Source: an uncultured Ruminococcus sp.
GTDB taxonomy: Bacteria; Bacillota; Clostridia; Oscillospirales; CAG-272
Direction: 5' to 3'
DNA: 64,000 bases
Assembly: GCA_902778725.1 (NCBI GenBank)
Contig: CACYYS010000014.1
Span: 418-64,417, forward strand
The notes beneath the pieces were generated by a model. It did no database searches. It had not been told where the DNA came from and worked only from the letters and a program-made list of their open reading frames with translations. A program made the position numbers and the translations under genes. Of the stretch, positions 28,006 to 36,644 are shown in pieces; positions within the stretch are counted from its first letter, which is position 1; each line of letters begins with the position of its first letter.

Positions 28006-28707
28006 CTACTTTTCTTCAGAAAAGTACGGCTTTTCTGAAGAAAAGTAGGAAGGCCAGACGAAGGTGGCGTTGAGGTCGTGCTCGCCGTTGTCGATCAGGA
28101 GGTTCTGTCCGGACATGGAGCGGTTCTCGAGGGTGAGGAAGAGGACCCAGTCCGCGACCTCGTCCGCCGTCATCCATTTTTTCATCGGGGTGACGGACAT
28201 GATCTTCTCCCAGGAGGCGGGGTCGCGCACGACGGGGTCGTTCAGGGGGGTGAGGACGCCGCCGAGGGAGAGAGCGTTGCAGGTCACGCCGCGGGGGGCG
28301 AGGCGGATCGCCACGTTCTTCATATATCCGACGACGCCGGCTTTGGCGGCGGCGTAGAGGGGGAACTCCTGGCCCGAGACGGCGGAGGCGGAAGCGTTGA
28401 AGAGGACCGAGCGCAGGGAGGGGGCGTTTTCGATGTACTTTTCCGTTACGTTTACCGTACCGGTGAGGTTGTTCCCGATATCGTCCGCGCTGTTCTGCGC
28501 GCCCGCGTTGTTGAAGAGGACGGCGACGTCGGGGATCTCCGGCAGGGAGGCGGGGTCCCGGATATCCGCCGTAAAGTGCCGGTAGCGGGGATGGGAGACG
28601 GAGGCGGGGGCGAGATCGATCCCGAACACGTCATGCCCGAGGGCGAGGAAGCGCTCGGCGGTCCGCGCTCCGATCCCGCCGGAGGCGCCGGTGATCACGA
28701 TGTTCAT
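28006..28707 (-). CDS. Classical short-chain dehydrogenase/reductase (SDR), predicted NAD(H)-preferring
   Basis: TGASGGIG, GID (acidic residue after beta2), NNAG, S...YAAAK, GQNLLIDNG. The ATG at 28707 overlaps the transporter stop. Confidence 0.92.
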   Translation of the reverse strand: MNIVITGASGGIGARTAERFLALGHDVFGIDLAPASVSHPRYRHFTADIRDPASLPEIPDVAVLFNNAGAQNSADDIGNNLTGTVNVTEKYIENAPSLRSVLFNASASAVSGQEFPLYAAAKAGVVGYMKNVAIRLAPRGVTCNALSLGGVLTPLNDPVVRDPASWEKIMSVTPMKKWMTADEVADWVLFLTLENRSMSGQNLLIDNGEHDLNATFVWPSYFSSEKPYFSEEK

Positions 28708-29426
28708 GCGTGCTTCCTCCTGTATTCCTCGCCTACTCCGTCGCGTTTCCACCGCTTGAGGACAAGGTAGCCGATGGGGGAGAAGACGATCTCCATCAAA
28801 AGCTCCAGTCCCGCGCCGAGCAGGGAACAGGTGAAGCACTGGAGGAGGGTCCAGGAGAACCCGTCCCAGAAGATGGGGGCAAAGACCGTGAAGGTCAGGA
28901 TCGCGAAGACGAAATTGTCAAAGAACTGCCCGATGAAGGTGGAGAGGTAGCTGCGGGTCACGTAGGCGAGCTTGCCGTCCGGGTTTTTGCGGAAGAGTTT
29001 GCCGATGCTCCAGTTGAGGAAGTTGTTGACAAAGGCGGAGAAGAGGAAGGCGACGGTGCTGCTGAGCAGGATGAACCAGGTGCCGCCGATGATGGAGTTG
29101 AAGGCGGTGTAATCCGTCTCGGTCGGGATGATGCTGACGACAAAAAAGATCAGGCAGACGAGGAGATTGACCCCGATGGCAAAGACGGAGAGTTTGGTCG
29201 CCGCCCGAGGACCGAAGGCCTTTGTGACGATGTCCATACAGAGGAAGGAGAGCCAGGATACGAGGATACCGCCGTCGATCGCCAGCCACCCGGACTGGTA
29301 GATGGTTTTGCTCGCGAGGATGTTCATCGTGACGACGGAGACGGTGAAGAGCGCAACGACGACGGCGGGGATGCTGTAAAAGAGCATTTTGGTGTCGGCG
29401 AGGGCGTTTTTCAGTTTTTCTTTCAT
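28704..29426 (-). CDS. VUT/YhhQ-family queuosine-precursor transporter
   Basis: NILASK, D.G...SWLSFLCMDIVTKAFG, SSTVAF, RSYLSTFIGQFFDNFVF; preQ1-like riboswitches upstream. Confidence 0.88.
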   Translation of the reverse strand: MKEKLKNALADTKMLFYSIPAVVVALFTVSVVTMNILASKTIYQSGWLAIDGGILVSWLSFLCMDIVTKAFGPRAATKLSVFAIGVNLLVCLIFFVVSIIPTETDYTAFNSIIGGTWFILLSSTVAFLFSAFVNNFLNWSIGKLFRKNPDGKLAYVTRSYLSTFIGQFFDNFVFAILTFTVFAPIFWDGFSWTLLQCFTCSLLGAGLELLMEIVFSPIGYLVLKRWKRDGVGEEYRRKHA

Positions 29427-29432
29427 TTCTTT

Positions 29433-29482
29433 CTCCTTGGTTTTGATTGATAAGGCGGAGGATTCAGAGGCCGAACTCCGCC
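29433..29482 (-). promoter_or_regulatory. preQ1-I-like riboswitch aptamer 2 (translational, overlaps the SD)
   Basis: GGCGGAG-UUCGGCCUCUGAAUC-CUCCGCC-UUAUCAAUCAAAACCAAGGAG, ending 6 nt before the ATG. Confidence 0.65.
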
Positions 29483-29493
29483 GGCGGAACCGG

Positions 29494-29535
29494 AAAAAAA
29501 CCGCCCTCAGCCGCCGGATGGCGCACTAAGGGCAG
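29494..29535 (-). terminator. Riboswitch-controlled terminator
   Basis: CUGCCCUUAGU...GCUGAGGGCGG followed by U7; the 5' arm can alternatively pair with ACUAAGGG of aptamer 1. Confidence 0.78.
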
Positions 29536-29551
29536 AGATATCCCGTTTGTT

Positions 29552-29607
29552 CCCTTAGTTTTGATCGCCGGATCGCTCCGGCCGGCAGGATGGTCACGAA
29601 CTGCCGG
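29552..29607 (-). promoter_or_regulatory. preQ1-I riboswitch aptamer 1 (transcriptional)
   Basis: CCGGCAG-UUCGUGACCAUC-CUGCCGG, an inserted CCGGA-GCGA-UCCGG hairpin, then AUCAAAACUAAGGG; matches the GUUCG..ACCAUCC / AAAACUA pattern of class I preQ1 aptamers. Confidence 0.8.
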
Positions 29608-29635
29608 ATCCGTACCGGGGTACGGAACAGAGGGT

Positions 29636-29664
29636 ATTGTAGCACGCGGGGGGAAAAAAGTCAA
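29636..29664 (-). promoter_or_regulatory. SigA promoter of the VUT-SDR operon
   Basis: TTGACT-N17-TACAAT with an extended -10 TG. Confidence 0.78.
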
Positions 29665-30631
29665 GAGGGATCTTCCGTCTTCCCGTCCAGCGCGGCGCGG
29701 ACCGCCTCCGTAAGCAGCCGGCGGCGCGGGCGTGCCCGCCGCCGCCGAAGGCGGCGCAGAGGTCGCTGACGTTCACGCTGCCGTCCGAGCGCAGAGAGAT
29801 CTTGAAGCTGCCGTCCTCCCCGTCCTTTTCCTTGATCGCGGCGGCGACCGCGACCCCGCGGACCGAGCGGACCGTATCGATGGCGGAGGAGAAATACTCG
29901 GCGGCGAGCGCGCCGCGCGCGGCGCGGTCGAGCAGGACGGCGCCGAAGCGTCCGCCGAGCAGCAGCCGGATGTTCTGCAGGGTGATGCGCTCCGCTTCCA
30001 GTTCCTCGGGGGAGCGGCTCTCAAAGAGGAGATGGTTGATCGCGGCGCCGTCGCACCCCGCTTCAAGCAGCCGGGCGGCGACGCGGTGGGTCTTTGCCGT
30101 CGCGTTGGAAAAGCGGAAGCAGCCGGTGTCCGAGGAGATGGAGAGATAGAGATCTTCCGCTATCCCGGCGGGCAGGTCGGAGAACCAGCCCTCTCCGCAG
30201 AGGATCTCCGCGATCTCAAAGACGATCTCGCCGACCGCGGCGGCCGAAGGGACGGTGCAGAAGTCGGAGAGACGCTCGCTCTTTTCGTGGTGGTCGAGCA
30301 TCAGGTCGATCTTCCCGTCAAAGAGGGGGAAGAGCTCGCCGAGCTGGGCGCGGGAAGCGACGTCCACGCAAACGACCGAGCGGTAGCGGGCGGGGTCGAT
30401 CCCGCCGGGGAGGAGGATCCGGTCCCGGATCAGGGGAGAGAGCGCCTCCGGCGGCTTGTCGGGCGCGGCGATCTCCGCCCCGCCGCCGAGCGCGCACAGG
30501 AGCTTTTTCAGCGCCATCGCGGAGCCGAGGGTGTCCCCGTCCGGCGAGGTGTGGCAGAGCAGGAGCGTGTCCCGCATCGAACAGAGGCGGTGCGCCGCCT
30601 CCGCAGGGGTGAGAGAGCGGAAGTCAGCCAT
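29661..30631 (-). CDS. nrnA: DHH/DHHA1 phosphoesterase (NrnA-like); 3' end frameshifted by an apparent small deletion
   Basis: HTSPDGD, DHH, SDTGCFRF, GGGGHARAAG; follows rbfA. A natural-looking tail LLTEAVRAALDGKTEDPS* (stop 29661) is in another frame; the ORF as assembled runs on to 29594. Confidence 0.82.
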
Positions 30632-31013
30632 CGCTTTCCTCGCTTTTCCGCCCGTTTGCGGCGGGCTCCTCTTGTTCGGGCAGGACCTCGCGCAAAAGCT
30701 GCGCGATCCGCGCGCCGTGCGCGATCGAGTCGTCCCGGAGGAAGGTCAGCTCCGGGGTGATCCGGAGGTTGAGGCGCCGGGCCAGCTCCCGCCGGAAGTA
30801 ACCGGCGGCGCTCTCGATGCCCGCGATCGCCTCCTCGGTATCGCCGCCGTAGACCGAGTAGCGGATCTTCGCCGTTTTGAGGTCGGGGGAGACGTCCGCG
30901 GAGAGGATGCTGACCATCGAGCCGGAGAGTCGGGGGTCCTTGCTGTTCTGCAGCGCGAGGGAGAGCTCTTCCCGCACCGCGTCGTTGATCCTGGCGCGTC
31001 TGTAAGATGACAT
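30624..31013 (-). CDS. rbfA: 30S ribosome-binding factor A
   Basis: RRARIN...KDPRL, VSPDLKTAKI, LNLRITPELTF..DDSI..GARI. Confidence 0.96.
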   Translation of the reverse strand: MSSYRRARINDAVREELSLALQNSKDPRLSGSMVSILSADVSPDLKTAKIRYSVYGGDTEEAIAGIESAAGYFRRELARRLNLRITPELTFLRDDSIAHGARIAQLLREVLPEQEEPAANGRKSEESDG

Positions 31014-31082
31014 GGTGCACCGCCTTTCGTTTCCTTTTTTATTGTCGACCGCCTGCCGTGTCCGGAGACCCGGCGGGCGGGA

Positions 31083-32648
31083 TCATTGCGGGAGCTTCTG
31101 CACGGTGGAGGTGGGGCCGCCGATCACCAGTACGTCGTAGGGCTCGCCCTCTACCTTCACAAAGCGGTAGCGGTCGATGCAGCAGTCGCGCGGATGGACG
31201 GAGTCGACGCTCCGGTGGCGGTGGTAGACGATCATCGGCTCCCCGTTCGCGGCGACGAAAAAGGCGTGATGCCCCGGGCCGTAGCAGTTGTTGATCGCGG
31301 AGAGCTTGAGGATCGGATTGCCCGAATACCGGGTGTAAGGCCCGAGGGGGGAGGACGCCGTCGCATAGCCGACGGCGTAGTTCTGGCTCGTGTAGCCGTT
31401 GCCGGAATAGGTGAGGTAATAGATCCCGTTGTGCTTGAGGACAAAGGGGCCCTCGTTCACCCGTCCTTCTTTTGTATCCCACGCGCCGTCCTGCGGGGCG
31501 AGGAGCTTGGTCGGGGTGCCGACGGGACGGAGCGTCTTCATATCAAAGGGGACGGCGTAGATGACGTTGCCGCTGTCCGTCCGCACAAAGAAGAGATAGA
31601 CCTTGCCGTCGTCGTCGAAGAAGAGATGCCCGTCGATGGTCTTGAAGCTGAAGAGAAAGGAGGTCGCGTCGTTTTTGAAGGGGCCGAGCGGGGAGTCCGC
31701 GACGGCGACGCCGAGATGTCCGCCGACGGTGTAGACGAGATAGAATTTCCCGTCGTAATGGTAGACTTCCGGCGCCCAGAAGCCGGCGCTGCTCGTGTGC
31801 TCTCCGTAGACGTCCGCCTCCCGGAGGCACATCCCCTTGTTCTCCCAACGGATAAGGTCGGTGGAGACGCTGACGTTGTAGCCCGCGTTGACGTTGTTGG
31901 TGCCGTAGAGGTAGTACTTGCCGTCGTAGCAGAGGATATAGGGGTCGGCGCAGTTCTGCGCGATCGGGTTGGTGTAGAAGGAGCCGGCCTCCGGCTTGTA
32001 GGAGTAGTCGGCGAGGGCGAGATCGGAGAAGGAGGTCTCCCCGCTGCCGAAGTCGAGGAGGACGCCGCTGCGCGCGAGCGCGGAGATGGTGAGATCGAAC
32101 TTGGGGAAGGGATCCGGGTCGTGGGGATTGTCATAGACGAAGATCTTGCAAAGAGCGCCCGAGAGCGCGATCTTCACCTTCAATTCGCCCGTGTCCCCGA
32201 TCCGGCAGGGGACCGATCGCAAAAGGGAGGGCTCGCCCTTTTTCATCTGGGCGAGGGTCACGGTCTGCCGCGCGCGGCTGAAGGAGAGGTGATAGTAATT
32301 CTCGGGATCCGCCGCGCGGAAGCCGATGCTGCCGGTCAGCCCTTTTTTGTAGCGGAGGGTCAGGGAGAGCTCGCCCGCGGAGAAGAGCTCGGCGCAGTAG
32401 GCGCTGCCCGCCCCGTTCGAAGAAAGGACGCCGTCCCTTGCCGCCGCGCCCTCAGGGAGGGAGAAGGGAAAGCCGCCGAGCTCGGCGATCCGTTCGTCGC
32501 CCCCGGTCCCGGGAGCGGCCGTCGCGTCGCCGACGGGAGCGGAGGTCCCGTCATCCGGTTTTTCCTCCCCGCAGGAAGAGAAGAGGGGGAGGAGGAGCGC
32601 CGGGAGGAGGAAGAGCGCAAGCGCGCGGGAGAGAATTCGTTTCATCAT
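31083..32648 (-). CDS. Lipoprotein GH43 glycoside hydrolase with an N-terminal beta-sandwich domain
   Basis: Lipobox LFSSC; TNPIAQNCADP, FWAPE, TIDG, NEGP, GPGHH. Confidence 0.88.
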   Translation of the reverse strand: MMKRILSRALALFLLPALLLPLFSSCGEEKPDDGTSAPVGDATAAPGTGGDERIAELGGFPFSLPEGAAARDGVLSSNGAGSAYCAELFSAGELSLTLRYKKGLTGSIGFRAADPENYYHLSFSRARQTVTLAQMKKGEPSLLRSVPCRIGDTGELKVKIALSGALCKIFVYDNPHDPDPFPKFDLTISALARSGVLLDFGSGETSFSDLALADYSYKPEAGSFYTNPIAQNCADPYILCYDGKYYLYGTNNVNAGYNVSVSTDLIRWENKGMCLREADVYGEHTSSAGFWAPEVYHYDGKFYLVYTVGGHLGVAVADSPLGPFKNDATSFLFSFKTIDGHLFFDDDGKVYLFFVRTDSGNVIYAVPFDMKTLRPVGTPTKLLAPQDGAWDTKEGRVNEGPFVLKHNGIYYLTYSGNGYTSQNYAVGYATASSPLGPYTRYSGNPILKLSAINNCYGPGHHAFFVAANGEPMIVYHRHRSVDSVHPRDCCIDRYRFVKVEGEPYDVLVIGGPTSTVQKLPQ

Positions 32649-32796
32649 ATACCTCGCTTGTCTGTCGTTGATTCCAGTATAACGGAAAACGCCGTTTTTT
32701 TCAAGAGCAAAGTGCAGAAAATCGCAAAAACAAGGAACGAAGCGGTATTCCTTTTTGCGTCGAGAAATGGTGATTTCGGATCGGGAACGGGACCGT

Positions 32797-34824
32797 TCAG
32801 TTGCCGCCCGGAGCCTTCTGCGGGGTGGAGGTGGGGCCGACGATGCGGAGAAGGTCGGGGCCGCCGTCGGGATCGGGGACAAAGACGACCCGGTCGATGC
32901 AGACGCTGCGGCTCGATCCTTCGTTGCCGACCGTCGTGTGGCGGTGGTAGACGACGAAGAGCTCGCTGCCGTCGGGGGAGGGGATGACCCAACTGGAGCC
33001 GACGCCGTCCGCGGCGGCGGAAAAGGAGAGGATCTCGTTATATCCGGATTTTTGATAGGGACCGTAGACGCTTTTGCTGACGGCGTAGGCGATGCCGTAG
33101 TGTCCCTTGTAGTGTCCGGCGGCGTAGAGCATATAGTAGAGCCCGTTATGCTTGACGATCATGCCGCCTTCGGCGATCTTGCCGTAGTCGTCGATCTCGT
33201 ACCAGCTGTCCGGATGGATCACGGCTTTGGCGGCCGAAACGGCGGAGAGCGTGCCGTTTTCCGCTTTGATCTCCTGGACGTAGACGTGGTTGCCGCCGCC
33301 GAAGCGGGTATGCGTCAGATAGAGCTTCCCGTCGTCGTCGATAAAGGGGAACCCGGCGATCTCCGTCGCGTTGTTGAGGACGTCTTTTTCTCCCTTCATC
33401 GTGAAGGGACCCGTCGGGGAGGAGGCGGTCGCGCAGCGGGTCCGCGCGTCCGACTGCCCTTGCGTTTTGGTGCAGAACCAGAGGTAATAGATCCCGTCGT
33501 ATTTCAGAATGACGGGAGACATGGCGAGGGTGAGCGAAGGGATCTGTTCTTTGAAGGAGAGACAGACCGTCTTCTCCGACCAGGAGACGAGATCGGGAGA
33601 GGTCTGGACGAACGCCGTCCTGGAATTGCAGGTATAGAGATAATAAAGGCCGTTATCATAGAGGACGACGGGGTCGGCGCCGGGGGTGACCGGGTTGGTG
33701 TAGGTCTTCTCGGGCGCCGCGGGCGCGTCGGTGACGGCGGGAGTAAAGGAGAAGGACGCGCTGACGGCGGCTTCCTTATCTCTCATCTCTCCCTCAAAGA
33801 GCGGGTAATCTTCATAGGAGAAGAAGAAGCGGCAGACCCCGTCCGAGAGGGTGACGCCGACGGGGTAGTCCTTCCCCTCGCGGATCGGCAGGCAGTAACG
33901 CGCCGCAAATTTCGAGGACCAGCCGGTCTCCCGCGTCACAAGGACGGTGTCGGAGTCCGCGTCGAGGTGGAAGGCGTACCCGGCGCCGCTCTCCGAGAGG
34001 ACGGTGAGGCGCTCCGTTTTCCCGGGCGTGAGGGTAGCGGTAAAGGCTTTGCCCTTTTCCAGCGTCAGCGCTTTTGCGACCGGCTTGAGGGAGCGGATCT
34101 CCAGGTTTTTCACATACCCGACGCCCCCGTCGTTATAGAGACGCAGACCGATCACGCCGGAGCGGGCGGAGAGGACGTCGTTCTTGCTGTCGCCGAGACG
34201 GTACTCGGAGCGGAAGACCTCCTCCCCCGTCGCGTTGTCGCGCACCGTGTAGACGATATAGTCGGAGAGCGCCAGCACGCGCAGGTGGAGGCTTGTCCCG
34301 GGCTTTGTGACGGCTTTTTCCGAGACGAAGAAGTTGCCCTTCCAGCCTCCGTCGTCGGAGGCGGCGCCGAGGGCGGCGGTCACGCCGTCCTTGTGGATGA
34401 ACGCAAGATATCCGTAAAAGGAGTCGGCGCTCTTTGCGCTGATCTTTTCTTCGTTTGCGCGGAAGATCAGGCCGCAGCCCGTGCGGTGATCGACAAAATC
34501 GCACTCCACGGTGAAGTCGTCGAGCTTCCCTGTATCAAAGAGCAGGGTGGAGTAGTCGCCTTTTTTATCCTTCGCCGTGCGGAATTCTCCGTTCTCAAAG
34601 AGGATCGAGCCGTAGAGGGGCTTCACCTTCGCGTTCGCGTCCGAGGAGGAGAAGACGAGCGAGGTGTCCTCCGGCGCCTCAAAGGGGACTGTGATCGGAG
34701 CCGTCCCGGCGGCGGTCTCTCCGCCGGAAGTGACGGGCGGATCGACGGGGCCCGCCGTGCAGGCGGAGAGGAGCAGCGTTCCCGCAAAGAAGAGGGAAGA
34801 AAGCCTAAATCTGCGTTTCATCAT
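32797..34824 (-). CDS. Lipoprotein with ConA-like domains and a divergent GH43 module
   Basis: Lipobox LLSAC; TNPVTPGADP, AEGG; C-terminus paralogous to the adjacent gene (CIDR...GPTST.QK.P). Confidence 0.8.
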   Translation of the reverse strand: MMKRRFRLSSLFFAGTLLLSACTAGPVDPPVTSGGETAAGTAPITVPFEAPEDTSLVFSSSDANAKVKPLYGSILFENGEFRTAKDKKGDYSTLLFDTGKLDDFTVECDFVDHRTGCGLIFRANEEKISAKSADSFYGYLAFIHKDGVTAALGAASDDGGWKGNFFVSEKAVTKPGTSLHLRVLALSDYIVYTVRDNATGEEVFRSEYRLGDSKNDVLSARSGVIGLRLYNDGGVGYVKNLEIRSLKPVAKALTLEKGKAFTATLTPGKTERLTVLSESGAGYAFHLDADSDTVLVTRETGWSSKFAARYCLPIREGKDYPVGVTLSDGVCRFFFSYEDYPLFEGEMRDKEAAVSASFSFTPAVTDAPAAPEKTYTNPVTPGADPVVLYDNGLYYLYTCNSRTAFVQTSPDLVSWSEKTVCLSFKEQIPSLTLAMSPVILKYDGIYYLWFCTKTQGQSDARTRCATASSPTGPFTMKGEKDVLNNATEIAGFPFIDDDGKLYLTHTRFGGGNHVYVQEIKAENGTLSAVSAAKAVIHPDSWYEIDDYGKIAEGGMIVKHNGLYYMLYAAGHYKGHYGIAYAVSKSVYGPYQKSGYNEILSFSAAADGVGSSWVIPSPDGSELFVVYHRHTTVGNEGSSRSVCIDRVVFVPDPDGGPDLLRIVGPTSTPQKAPGGN

Positions 34825-34963
34825 GTGACTCCTTGTCGTGATCTGATAGGGGGTTATGCCGGAACGGCGTTTTCCCTCTGATACGATTATAGCGTTTTTT
34901 CCTTTCTATTACAATGCGTTTTTTCGACTTTTTTTAAGTTTTTATACCTCTCGGCCGGAGAAA

Positions 34964-34996
34964 GAAAAAAGAGAGGACCGCGCGGGCGGTCCTCTC
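34964..34996 (-). terminator. Intrinsic terminator after the parB-like gene
   Basis: gagaggaccgc-gcgg-gcggtcctctc with a U-tract on the minus strand. Confidence 0.7.
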
Positions 34997-34999
34997 GTT

Positions 35000-35926
35000 T
35001 TACGAGGCTTTCGGCTTCGGCGGGACGGTGGGGATGCGGATCAGGATCTCCGTCTCTCCCTTGCGGTCGGTGCGTTCGGTCTGTACGTTCACGCCCGCGC
35101 CGCGCATCACCTCGATCGCGCGGTCGAGGGTGTTGAAGAAGAGACGCACGTCGTGCAGCACGAGGATCTGTTTTCCCTCCCGTGCCTCTTTTGCGCGTTC
35201 GGTGTCGGAGGGCGCGCCCTCGAGGATCCGGGAGACGAACTGCTCGGTCGCTTCTCCCCCCATCCCCTCCGAGCAGATCCGCTTGAGCGCCATCCGGCGC
35301 TGCTCGTCGCTCTTGAGGCGCAGCAGCGCCGCGACGTGCCGGCGGGAGAGGCAGTTGGAGATCACGGCGGCGCGCTCCTCCTGCGAGAGCCGCAGGACGG
35401 CGAGACGGCGCCCCACCTCTTCCTCGCTGCAGGAGAGTTTTTTCGCCACGTCCATCCGGGAGAGGGAATAGATATCCATCAGGGAGGCGATGGCGTTCGC
35501 TTCCTCAAACATATTGAGGTCCTCCCGCACCATGTTCTCCGCGAGGGCGATCTCCGCGCTGCGGCGGCTGTCCGCATTGACGATGATGCAGGGGATCTCG
35601 CGCAGCCCGAGGAGCTTAGCGGCGCGGAAGCGCCGCTCCCCCTCCACGATCTCGTAGCAGGGATCGGGACCGCCGAGCCCGCTCGGCCGGACGGTGACGG
35701 GCTGGATCAGTCCGTACTGCCGGATGCTGTCGGCGAGCGAGGCGATCGCCGCCTCGGAGAAGATCCGGCGCGGCTGCGAGGGGTTCGGCTGGATCCGCTC
35801 CAGGGGGATGCCGAAGACGGCGGCGCCGGCGGGCGCCGCCACCGCAAAGCCGCCGTAGGGACGGCCCTCCTGCCGTCTGGTTTCTCCGGGGCGCTCGTCC
35901 TGTTTTTTTCTTTCAAAAAGCAACAT
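35000..35926 (-). CDS. ParB/Spo0J/Noc-family protein
   Basis: PNPSQPR..F, LADSIRQYGLIQP, GERRFRA, ALAENMVREDL; C-terminal DVRLFFNTLDRAIEVMR is Noc-like; start at MLLFERKK after GGAGG. Confidence 0.88.
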   Translation of the reverse strand: MLLFERKKQDERPGETRRQEGRPYGGFAVAAPAGAAVFGIPLERIQPNPSQPRRIFSEAAIASLADSIRQYGLIQPVTVRPSGLGGPDPCYEIVEGERRFRAAKLLGLREIPCIIVNADSRRSAEIALAENMVREDLNMFEEANAIASLMDIYSLSRMDVAKKLSCSEEEVGRRLAVLRLSQEERAAVISNCLSRRHVAALLRLKSDEQRRMALKRICSEGMGGEATEQFVSRILEGAPSDTERAKEAREGKQILVLHDVRLFFNTLDRAIEVMRGAGVNVQTERTDRKGETEILIRIPTVPPKPKAS

Positions 35927-36089
35927 GATCTCAAGTCCTCCTGCGTTTTTTGGCGTGATGAACGAAAAACGTCTTACTGCCAACATTTTACCCCGCTCCC
36001 CGCGCGAAAAAGCGCAAACCGCGTCCGTAAAAAAGGACTTTTTTTGTTGCACTCTGTAAAAAAACGGAAGAAGAGAAGAAAAACCGCAT

Positions 36090-36121
36090 AAAAAAGCGGC
36101 GCTCCGGAGAGCGCCGCTTTT
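36090..36121. terminator. Intrinsic terminator after hpf
   Basis: aaaagcggcgctc-cgga-gagcgccgctttt. Confidence 0.75.
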
Positions 36122-36125
36122 GGAT

Positions 36126-36644
36126 TTATTCGGGGATCAGGAGCCCGTACGCGCCGTCCTTGCGGCGGTAGACCACGCAGGTGCGGTTATCGTCCTCCGC
36201 GTTCGAGAAGGCGAAGAACTGATGCTCAAGCAGGTTCATCTGCAGGATCGCCTCGTCGACCGACATCGGCTTGGCGGGGAAGGTCTTGGTGCGGATATCA
36301 AAGAAGGTCTCTTCCTCTTCCTCCGCCGCCTCCCCCTCGGGGAAGGCGCCCTCCCGCAGGCGTTTTTCCAGCCGGGTCTTGTTTTTGCGGATCTGGCGGG
36401 TCAGGGTATCGAGCGCGGAATCCAGCGCGTTCTGGAAGGTGGCGTCCTCTTCCTCACTGCGGAACAGGACGCCGCCGTAAGGAATGGTGATCTCAATGAT
36501 CTCCTTATCTTTTTTATAACGGAAGGTGACGGTCGCTTCTCCGTCCGGTCCGAAAAATTTGTCGAGTTTGGCAAGCTTTTTTGCCGCGAGGACCTTCTGA
36601 TCTTCTCCTACTGTCATCTGTCTGCCGATAAACGTAAGCTTCAT
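36126..36644 (-). CDS. hpf: Ribosome hibernation promoting factor (long HPF/RaiA)
   Basis: KLAKLDKFF, RQIRKNKTRL, KPMSVDEAILQMNLLEH.F..F, VVYRRKDG.YGLL. Confidence 0.96.
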   Translation of the reverse strand: MKLTFIGRQMTVGEDQKVLAAKKLAKLDKFFGPDGEATVTFRYKKDKEIIEITIPYGGVLFRSEEEDATFQNALDSALDTLTRQIRKNKTRLEKRLREGAFPEGEAAEEEEETFFDIRTKTFPAKPMSVDEAILQMNLLEHQFFAFSNAEDDNRTCVVYRRKDGAYGLLIPE

